Shown here piece by piece: positions 1 to 6,976 of a DNA stretch of 32,000 bases. The notes beneath the pieces are model-generated. The model did no database searches, was not told where the DNA came from, and saw only the letters and a list, made by a program, of their open reading frames with translations. The DNA is taken from positions 570,001 to 602,000 of the forward strand of contig NZ_CP042911.1 of NCBI RefSeq assembly GCF_008065095.1, in the 5' to 3' direction. Source of the DNA: Gemmata obscuriglobus (GTDB lineage: Bacteria > Planctomycetota > Planctomycetia > Gemmatales > Gemmataceae). The translations under genes and the position numbers were made by a program. Each line of letters opens with the position of its first letter. Within the stretch, counting starts at the first letter, position 1.

Positions 1-103
1 CACCGCCACGCGCGAGCTGCTGCCGGAACTGGACAAGAAGGTCGCGGCCCTGGCGGCGGACCCGACCATCACCGTCCACCGGCTCGCCCTCGCGGCCCTG
101 GCG

Positions 104-1174
104 GTGGCGGGCACGAACCCGATGCGCTTGCGGTACGGCGCGCACCCGGCCAGCCCGCTCGACGCGACCGCGGCGGCCCCGCCGGCCGCCGGGGGGGGGC
201 TCCTCGCGAAGGTCGCGACCAAGTTCCGCGGCGCGATGGTCGCGGGGCTCGGCGCGCTGAAGCCGCTCCCGCCCACGTCGGCGGTCCACATCGCGCGGGC
301 CGCGTCCTACGACGAGCCGCTCGCGGAGGTGCTCGCGGCGCAGTTCGCGCACTTCCGCCCGCACCTGCCGCTCGCGGGCAAGCGGGTGGTGCTGAAGCCG
401 AACCTGGTCGAGTACCGGGCCGACCGGGTCATCAACACGGACCCGCGGGTCGTGGACGCCGTCATCACCCTGTGCAAGCAGGAGGGCGCGGCCGAGATCA
501 TCGTCGCGGAAGGCCCCGGGCACTGGCGCAACGTCGAGTTCCTCGTGCGCGAGAGCGGCCTGGGTGCCGTCCTCGACAGGCACGGCGTGCGGTTCCTGGA
601 CATCAACCACGACGAGCCCGTCAAGGTCCTCAACCTCGGCCGGCTCACGAAGCTCGACCACCTGTACATGTCGCGCACCGTGCTGGGGGCGGACGTGCTC
701 GTCTCGCTGCCGAAGCTGAAGATGCACCACTGGGCGGGGGTGACGCTGTCGCTCAAGAACCTGTTCGGCACGCTGCCGGGGATCTGCTACGGGTGGCCGA
801 AGAACGAGCTGCACTGGCGCGGCATCCCGCAGAGCATCGTGGACATCAGTTGCACCCACCCGGCGCACCTGTCGATCATCGACGGGATCGTCGGAATGGA
901 AGGCGACGGGCCGCTGCACGGCACCGCGAAGCACGCCGGCGTGCTGGTGATGGGGCTGGACCCGGTGGCGGTGGACGCCACCGGCGCGCGGATCATGGGC
1001 CTGCCGCCGGAGCGGGTGCCCACCCTCGTGTACGCCGCGGCGAAGCGCGTCGGGCGGATCGCGGAGGCCGAGATCCCGCAGTTCGGGGAGCCGATCGCGG
1101 CCGTCGCGCAGACGTTCGCGCTGCCGCCGAAGATCGACCGCGAACTGCTCCCGCCGCCGAAGCAGACGGCGTGA
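104..1174 (+). CDS. DUF362 domain-containing protein (start uncertain)
   Basis: Long ORF with motifs I associate with DUF362: AASYDEPL, VVLKPNLVEY, LPKLKMHHWAGVTLSLKNLFG, MEGDGP. The frame has no stop back to base 2. The true start could therefore be upstream of the window, at GTG 104 or at ATG 235. Confidence 0.7.
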   Translation: MAGTNPMRLRYGAHPASPLDATAAAPPAAGGGLLAKVATKFRGAMVAGLGALKPLPPTSAVHIARAASYDEPLAEVLAAQFAHFRPHLPLAGKRVVLKPNLVEYRADRVINTDPRVVDAVITLCKQEGAAEIIVAEGPGHWRNVEFLVRESGLGAVLDRHGVRFLDINHDEPVKVLNLGRLTKLDHLYMSRTVLGADVLVSLPKLKMHHWAGVTLSLKNLFGTLPGICYGWPKNELHWRGIPQSIVDISCTHPAHLSIIDGIVGMEGDGPLHGTAKHAGVLVMGLDPVAVDATGARIMGLPPERVPTLVYAAAKRVGRIAEAEIPQFGEPIAAVAQTFALPPKIDRELLPPPKQTA

Positions 1175-1247
1175 CGCTGGTGCGCGCACGCACGCGGGGT
1201 TAGACTAACGCCTCCCGGGGCGCCCGCCCCACTCCGAGGAGGCTCCC

Positions 1248-2147
1248 GTGTCACGAACGCTTCTCGCCTTCGCCTGTTGGCTCACCTTCGCCCCGGCGGT
1301 CCTGGGGCAACCCGCGGCGGGCGGCCCGCGCAAGCTGCTGTACCCGGCCGCGCCGGCCGACGTGCCGGCGGTGCTGCGCCCGCACGTCGAAAAGCTCCTC
1401 GCGACCGATCAGAAGCCGCTCGACCCGGGCGCCGCGAAGGCCGACGGCGTGTACCTCCGGGTGCTGTCGCGGCAGTACGCGGTGGACGCGGACCTGAAGC
1501 CGGCCGGCTGGCTCGGCACCCGGCCCGTCGTGTTCCTGACCGTGCCCGAGACCGCCTACGGCCGCGACCTGCTCGGCGTGCTGTCGGCCATCGGCTACGA
1601 CCCCGAGGACATCATCGACGCCGAGACCGGCGTGGAGAAGGTGGCGGTGGTGTTCGCGTACCCCGACACGGTCCGCGAGGCCGACCCGAAGGCCGACGCG
1701 GTCCCGGACGACTGGGACCGGCGCGTGTTCCCGTCCACGTGGGACAACCTGTTCGCGCTGGCCGACCGGAGCACGTCCGATAAGGAGCGATTCGCAGTAC
1801 GGCCGGAGGGCGACAGGTTCCAGCCGACCAAGTTCCAGTTCCGCTCGGAAAAGGAGGCGGCGTTCATCGCGAGCTTCCCGGACGCGGGCAAGAAGCGCGT
1901 GCGCGCGATCGAGTACGCCGCGCTCCGGGACGCGGGCGGGGCGGACTGGGTGTACCGGCAGTCGGTGGAGCGGTTGTTCGGCGCGTCCGAGCACTACACC
2001 GGCGACGGGCGGACCAAGCTGACGCTGGCCGGCAAGAAGAAGCCGCGGGCCGGGTTCCCGGAGTTCCTCGCGCCGAACGCGGAGCTGAAAGGCTTACCGG
2101 CCGTTGCGGTGGTCAGCCTCGGGGCGCTGCGGGTGAGCGACAAGTGA
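1248..2147 (+). CDS. secreted hypothetical protein
   Basis: 299-aa ORF with GGAGG 5 nt upstream of GTG 1248. The N-terminus MSRTLLAFACWLTFAPAVLGQ looks like a signal peptide. Codon bias is high-GC like the neighbours. No domain recognised. Confidence 0.6.
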   Translation: MSRTLLAFACWLTFAPAVLGQPAAGGPRKLLYPAAPADVPAVLRPHVEKLLATDQKPLDPGAAKADGVYLRVLSRQYAVDADLKPAGWLGTRPVVFLTVPETAYGRDLLGVLSAIGYDPEDIIDAETGVEKVAVVFAYPDTVREADPKADAVPDDWDRRVFPSTWDNLFALADRSTSDKERFAVRPEGDRFQPTKFQFRSEKEAAFIASFPDAGKKRVRAIEYAALRDAGGADWVYRQSVERLFGASEHYTGDGRTKLTLAGKKKPRAGFPEFLAPNAELKGLPAVAVVSLGALRVSDK

Positions 2148-2485
2148 GCCCGAAATAATATGCGACTCGGAGTATTCGGGTCTGTAATTTCTTTTAAGTC
2201 TAGGTGCCGGAGGCGGAGAAATGGGCTGTCGTGTTACTCGACGTTAAAGCATTTCGGGAACGGGTGATCGCCCACCTACCTTATGAGGTTGGTGATTGTG
2301 TCGGCTAACCGCATCATGGCCGCTGGTTCAGCGCCACCTTGTGCTTTATCGGCGCTGACAAAATCTAGGAATGTAACAAGCGGCGTGTCTCGGGCGGGCG
2401 GGCATTTCCCGCTAGTGGCCTGCTACTCGTCGGAGCCAGTTGAGGCTGGTAGAATCGAATTATCTTCCCTCGCTACGGTTGCCCG

Positions 2486-3133
2486 ATGCCGTCCGGATCG
2501 CCTCTGGAACTCAATTCCGTCGAAGTGAACCATCCACAGGCGTCGCTCTTGTACCGTTTCGCGATCCCGACGATCGTCCGGTTGAGCCTTGACCCAACCC
2601 CGCTTCTCTCTGGTACTATGACGAGAAGTGTTACGGTCGAGTGGGTGTGTCAACCCGGTGGCAGACCGCCCGAGGTGTTCACGCGGGACATCGAATGGGC
2701 TCAGGTTCCACGGTACCTGACCAACCAGTGCGCTAAATGGTCGAATACCTGTAACGAAGAGGACATTAGTGAAGATGCGGCCATCGGCGTGATGGCGTTG
2801 TTGCTTCATGAATTGGTCGGAGCTGTCATACGCACAGTTCTCCAGATCGGCAGCGGGGGCGACTACCTGATCGAGATCCAGGGGTTGCCTCCGTTGCAGG
2901 CCGAGAGCAGTGGGGTCCGCGACGACCCGAACGGGTACGAATCGACGGCCCGACTGAAACAAAAGTGTGCCCAAGTGCTAACCAAAAGCGAGACCGGGTT
3001 TGCTTCCGTTGTGGCTTTTCGCCACCCACCCGATCAAGGGGTCCGTTGCCAACTTCATTACGTGTCCCGGACCGGCCCTGGTAGCAACTACCCGAAGGTA
3101 AAGAAACGCGGCCAGAAGAAGAAGCGACCATGA
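2486..3133 (+). CDS. hypothetical small protein, first gene of the low-GC insert (alternative start ATG 2618, 171 aa)
   Basis: ORF in about 50% GC DNA, where random ORFs of this length are unlikely. Its stop overlaps the next start as ATGA at 3130-3133. Contains ISEDAAIGVMALLLHEL, GSGGDYLIEIQG and LQAESSG. The C-terminal tail is basic: KVKKRGQKKKRP. Confidence 0.5.
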   Translation: MPSGSPLELNSVEVNHPQASLLYRFAIPTIVRLSLDPTPLLSGTMTRSVTVEWVCQPGGRPPEVFTRDIEWAQVPRYLTNQCAKWSNTCNEEDISEDAAIGVMALLLHELVGAVIRTVLQIGSGGDYLIEIQGLPPLQAESSGVRDDPNGYESTARLKQKCAQVLTKSETGFASVVAFRHPPDQGVRCQLHYVSRTGPGSNYPKVKKRGQKKKRP

Positions 3134-4599
3134 ACGCGTTGCTGATCGATCGAGACGGCATGGCGTCGCGCTTGGCGGCGGAAGGGAAGCTCGCGCTCGG
3201 AAGCGGGGACACGGAGCTTGCACACGCTCAATACTCAGCAGCCGCGAAACTGTTCGAGGCGCGAGCCAATTCGGCCTTGAAATCTGGCGACAAGCACCTT
3301 CTGCTATTTCTCGCCGCCAGCCATCACTTCTATGGCGGTGGATACGCGCGGGCACTACGAGTCGCACGGCGAGTTGAGCGCCGGTTGCTGCGAGCCGAGG
3401 TGCGACCTTTGTTCGAGCCGTTTATGCGCGACGTCGAAGCGCGTGCGGCTCCGGATTACATAGAGAAGGTTCGGAAGCGAATTTTTGAAGCAAGTAAATC
3501 GGGGCGGCATGTCGATGCCCTTGAAATCCTAAAAGGCCACCCGTTCATCTTTGACCGAACAGGGCTGGCGTTCATGCGGGCCTTTATTTGCGAGGAATTG
3601 AAGCGTTACCACGCCGCGACGTTGTTTTACCTTTCAGCGATGCAGTTCCGCCCCGAAGATCCCTCTCTCGACTTCTTGGCCGCGGCACTGCCATTGTCAC
3701 TGCCTGCGATGGGGCGGTTAGATGAGGCGTGGGAGTACGTCCAGTACCAACTGAAAGAGATCGACCACGCCATTACACATGTAAGTGCATCACTTGTGTG
3801 TCACCGGAGGGCTTCTCAGACCGAAGAAGGTCTCCAGCAAGAACTGCTGGGCGAACAAATAAAACACTTTGAAAATGGCTGGAAACGCTACCAAGAGATG
3901 CCGAAGGCGTTCCAGCAAGATCCAGACCTGTGCCTTTACATGAGCCTTTGTTTTGAAGCCGCGGCTTTTGCCCATTGGAAGCTAAATGCGAACGCACGCG
4001 CGCGGGACGTTTGCAACGAGGGGATTCAGTTTAACCCCAAATATCCGGGTCTCTGGACAATGCGAGGTTTGGTAACCCAGCCGGCCGTGCAAGCGTTCGA
4101 TGACTTCGAACGCGCCATCGAGTTGGGAGAAAAAGCTCATTACCCCTTCCTATACCTAGCACAGCGGGCGATGGAGGCTCAGGACTTCGCGCGCGCGAAA
4201 GTGATGACCGAGGAAGCGCTTCGCCGGAAGCCAGGCCGAACGATTCGCGGGCTACTTTTGAATTGGATGGCAGTTATTCGAGGACAAGAGGGGACGACGA
4301 TCGAAGAAATCGAAAGTCTGTTTCAGCAGGCAAAACAACTTGCTCCGGAGATTCCAGAGGTCGCAGAAAATCACGAATCGTTCCGTCAATTCGTTCGCGA
4401 CGCTCGTGAGCAGTCGACCGAGAAGGTGAAGCCCACTCCCGCTGCACCTCGGTCGAGAATTCAGGATGATTTCGATTTAGACTTGTTCCCAGTGGGGGAA
4501 TCTGACTCACGATGGAATCGACTTCAAGCCCAGTTCCGAGAACTTGAAGGTGCGGGCAGATATGCGGCCCACGAACAGATAATTAACATTAAAATATAA
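3130..4599 (+). CDS. helical-repeat (TPR-like) protein, second gene of the low-GC insert
   Basis: 489-aa ORF in about 50% GC DNA. The sequence looks all-helical, with repeated Ala/Leu/Tyr-spaced segments typical of TPR-like repeats, e.g. WKLNANARARDVCNEGIQFNPKYPGLW and YLAQRAMEAQDFARAKVMTEEALRRKP. No specific family recognised. Confidence 0.65.
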   Translation: MNALLIDRDGMASRLAAEGKLALGSGDTELAHAQYSAAAKLFEARANSALKSGDKHLLLFLAASHHFYGGGYARALRVARRVERRLLRAEVRPLFEPFMRDVEARAAPDYIEKVRKRIFEASKSGRHVDALEILKGHPFIFDRTGLAFMRAFICEELKRYHAATLFYLSAMQFRPEDPSLDFLAAALPLSLPAMGRLDEAWEYVQYQLKEIDHAITHVSASLVCHRRASQTEEGLQQELLGEQIKHFENGWKRYQEMPKAFQQDPDLCLYMSLCFEAAAFAHWKLNANARARDVCNEGIQFNPKYPGLWTMRGLVTQPAVQAFDDFERAIELGEKAHYPFLYLAQRAMEAQDFARAKVMTEEALRRKPGRTIRGLLLNWMAVIRGQEGTTIEEIESLFQQAKQLAPEIPEVAENHESFRQFVRDAREQSTEKVKPTPAAPRSRIQDDFDLDLFPVGESDSRWNRLQAQFRELEGAGRYAAHEQIINIKI

Positions 4600-4923
4600 T
4601 TTAAAATAATAGATACATTGGGGCGAATTGCCTCGCTGATCTAATTAAAAATTATGAATTAACTTGTGATTAATCTGATTAGCTAGAATACTCAATCAAC
4701 GTCCGGGGGCATTGCAAGTTCAAGCCTTGTCGGCTGGATCACTTTCGTACCACGCTCACCAGCACGATGCCATGCTGCACTTGTTTAGCCCCGTCTGGCT
4801 CGTGGTGCATTTGAGCCCTGCAGATCCGAACGCTGAGGTTACACCCGCCTGCGTCGGCAGGCGGATAGCGTTCACAACCAGCGAACCTGGAATTACTGAA
4901 ACCGCAATGACGGCCAACCACGG

Positions 4924-4943
4924 GGCGCCCACGTTCGGGCGCC
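4924..4943 (-). terminator. hairpin downstream of the PD40 gene
   Basis: ggcgccc / gggcgcc 7-bp stem with a 6-nt loop, 17 nt beyond the stop at 4960 on the minus strand. No clear U-tail. Confidence 0.35.
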
Positions 4944-4959
4944 GCCGTTCTCCGGCACC

Positions 4960-5988
4960 TCACTTCGGCGGGGTGAAGTCGGCGATGTAGAGCTGGGCCG
5001 CCCGCCCGCCCTCGCGGGACGAGGTCCACATCACCTTCGTGCCGTCGGGGTTGAACACCGGCAGCACGTCCTGGCCCGGGGCGAACGTGATGCGCGTCTT
5101 CTTGCCGGTCTCGGTGTCCATCCAGTGCAGGTCGTAGTTCGGCGGCGCGATGGGGTTCGAGTGGTCCGCGCCGGTGTAGATGATGTGCCGGTTGTCCTTG
5201 TACCAGTACGGCGCCCAGTACACCCACTTGTCGTCGCTCGTGAGCGCCTTCTCCCCGGTGCCGTCGGCGTTGATCACGTAGAGCTGGAGCCGGTCCTTCT
5301 CCTTGCGGTCGGCGCGGAACACCACCCTCGTGCCGTCGGGGCTGAAGAACGGGCCGCCGTTGTAGCAGTTCGCCACGTCGGTGATGCGCTTCACGTTGGT
5401 GCCGTCGGCGTTCATGGTGAAGAGCTGCACGTTCCCGGCGTTGCCGGCGCTGTACACGATCTTCTTGCCGTCCGCCGAGTAGCTCCCCTCGGCGGTGTAC
5501 ACCTTCGCGTCCGGGGTGAGGCACTTCAGCCCGGTGCCGTCGAGGCCGGCCTCGTAGATCTTCATGTGCGGGTCGAAGTCCCACGAGTACCGGCGGCGCA
5601 CGCCCTTCTTCTTGTCCTCCTCGCGCTGCTTGACCTCGGCCTCCTGGTGCTTCTTGGCGTCCGGGTCGGAGTGGCTGGAGGCGAACAGCACCCTCTTGCC
5701 GTCGGGGTGGAAGTAGCCGCAGGTGGTGCGCCCGACGCCCGGGCTGATGCGGGTCGCTTTGCCCGTCCGCAGGTCCATGATGAAGATCTGGTAGAACGGG
5801 TTGCCCGTGTCCTTCTCTTCGGCCTGGAAGATGACCCGGGTGCCGTCCGGCGAGAAGTACCCTTCGCCGGCCCGCACGTAGTCCGTTGTGAGCTGACGGA
5901 TGTTCTTCAGGTACGCCGCTTCGGCCCCCTTCCAGTCTTCGGGATCGGCGGCGGGCGCGAATGCGAGTGTGAGCAGAAGCGCGTTCAT
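4960..5988 (-). CDS. PD40 / TolB-like beta-propeller repeat protein, secreted
   Basis: Repeated PD40-type motifs: YFSPDGTRVIF, FHPDGKRVLF, YSADGKKIVY, FFSPDGTRVVF, FNPDGTKVMW. Short hydrophobic N-terminus MNALLLTLAFAPAA. Confidence 0.85.
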   Translation of the reverse strand: MNALLLTLAFAPAADPEDWKGAEAAYLKNIRQLTTDYVRAGEGYFSPDGTRVIFQAEEKDTGNPFYQIFIMDLRTGKATRISPGVGRTTCGYFHPDGKRVLFASSHSDPDAKKHQEAEVKQREEDKKKGVRRRYSWDFDPHMKIYEAGLDGTGLKCLTPDAKVYTAEGSYSADGKKIVYSAGNAGNVQLFTMNADGTNVKRITDVANCYNGGPFFSPDGTRVVFRADRKEKDRLQLYVINADGTGEKALTSDDKWVYWAPYWYKDNRHIIYTGADHSNPIAPPNYDLHWMDTETGKKTRITFAPGQDVLPVFNPDGTKVMWTSSREGGRAAQLYIADFTPPK

Positions 5989-6098
5989 GGAGCGTGACGT
6001 CCTCGTGCGTGAGGGAGCGGGCGCGAACCTTTGGTCCCCCAGTGTATCATTCCGGGGAAGCGGTCCGCCAGCACTCCTGACGTTGAGGGCGCGTTCCG

Positions 6099-6398
6099 AT
6101 GGACGAGCCGAAGCCGACGCCCTGCGGCCTGTGCGGTCGCGGGTTCCCGCCGCGCGACCTGACGCAACACCACTGCCTGCCGAAGGAAAAGGGCGGGACC
6201 GCGGGCGACGTGGCGATGATCTGTTCGCAGTGCCACGGGATGGTCCACGCGACCTACACGAACGCGACGCTGGCGGCCGTGTACCCGACCATCGAGCAAC
6301 TGCGGAAGGCCCCCGAACTGGTCGGGTTCATCAAGTGGGCGCGCAAACAGCCGGTCACGCGCAAGAAGAAGAACAAGCCGCGGAAGCGAAAACTGTAG
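6099..6398 (+). CDS. small HNH-type nuclease domain protein (YajD-like size)
   Basis: 99-aa ORF with CGLCG ... QHHCLPKEKGG ... ICSQCHGMVH, i.e. CxxC...HH...CxxCH zinc/HNH spacing. Basic tail TRKKKNKPRKRKL. Confidence 0.65.
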   Translation: MDEPKPTPCGLCGRGFPPRDLTQHHCLPKEKGGTAGDVAMICSQCHGMVHATYTNATLAAVYPTIEQLRKAPELVGFIKWARKQPVTRKKKNKPRKRKL

Positions 6399-6568
6399 GC
6401 GCGCAAAGCGCCCCGCATTCGCTCCCCCCGGCAACAAAGACGCCACAAGCGGCCGAATTGCGGTCGCGCGGAAGGGCGAGTCTGCGGTATTCTGAGCGCC
6501 CGACGCCACATTTCACACAACGGACATCTTCGCGAACCAATTGCAGGGTAAGATGCGTCCGTTAAGTG

Positions 6569-6671
6569 TGCGGTTCGGACACAATTCGAACCGCATCCGG
6601 CACGGAAATCGTGTGCCGCACCCCGAAACGTGATCTAGGTTCGATCACAGGACAAACGTCCCTCGAACCGC
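6569..6671 (+). promoter_or_regulatory. three consecutive hairpins plus a duplicated cgaaccgc segment (candidate leader/ncRNA)
   Basis: Hairpin 1: 6569-6577 tgcggttcg pairs with 6587-6595 cgaaccgca. Hairpin 2: 6598-6603 cggcac pairs with 6613-6618 gtgccg. Hairpin 3: 6630-6635 gtgatc pairs with 6643-6648 gatcac. A second cgaaccgc at 6664-6671 could pair with 6570-6577 instead. Confidence 0.3.
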
Positions 6672-6844
6672 GCGGAGTAGCAGCCGTGGACCGGACCGAC
6701 AGCGTGATGGCGTCGTTCATTCAGGAACTGGTGCGCCGGGCCGCCGAGAGCGCCCGCACCGCCCCCGGCGCCCGGGGCCAGGGCGACCCCGCCCACACCG
6801 AAGCCGCCGCACCCGTCGCACAAGCCAGCCGGTAACACCTCCAA

Positions 6845-6887
6845 CCGCCCCGCGGGCGCCGCGCAAAACGCGGCGCCCGCGGGGCGG
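6845..6887 (+). terminator. 19-bp perfect GC-rich hairpin upstream of the OPT gene
   Basis: ccgccccgcgggcgccgcg (6845-6863), loop caaaa, cgcggcgcccgcggggcgg (6869-6887). It lies 90 nt before the OPT start. No U-tail. Confidence 0.5.
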
Positions 6888-6976
6888 TCCCACGCACCTC
6901 CTTCACTTCGCGCGCGCCGGCCCGTAAGCTGTGGCTCAACTCTCCGCCACAGTACCGCACTCGCACGGGCCAAAAT

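Larger units (their letters stand above)
2148..4925. other. low-GC compositional insert (putative horizontally acquired islet)
   Basis: Hand-counted 60-nt lines inside give about 47-53% GC, and 25-32% at 4561-4680, versus about 70% in flanking genes. The boundaries coincide with the 3' ends of two convergent high-GC genes. Confidence 0.6.

Noticed and set aside
2423-2974. 183-aa minus-strand ORF inside the low-GC insert, overlapping the small plus-strand gene. Also the 81-aa ORF at 2283-2528.
   Set aside because: The 183-aa ORF is antisense to an ORF that is translationally coupled to the 489-aa gene. Its translation is Arg/Asp-rich and motif-free. The 81-aa ORF has no start context or recognisable features.
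4701-4741. tRNA-like fragment at the right side of the low-GC insert: gcaag ttcaagc cttgt (T-arm with a TTCAAGC loop) followed by a 7-nt acceptor-like cggctgg. It could be an att remnant.
   Set aside because: No matching 5' acceptor strand (ccagccg), D-arm or anticodon arm lies upstream, where the sequence is AT-rich. No full tRNA or second copy of the segment occurs at the left border. The evidence is too weak to call a tRNA or att site without tRNAscan and a genome-wide search.
4712-4990. 92-aa plus-strand ORF at the right edge of the insert.
   Set aside because: It starts at a TTG, runs into the 3' end of the well-supported PD40 gene on the opposite strand, and has no protein-like features.
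6566-6835. 89-aa ORF (or a 42-aa version from ATG 6707) between the HNH gene and the OPT gene.
   Set aside because: There is no ribosome-binding site. The N-terminal part coincides with the hairpin cluster and the composition is Ala/Arg/Pro-rich. I kept it only as a possible leader peptide in the leader finding, not as a CDS.
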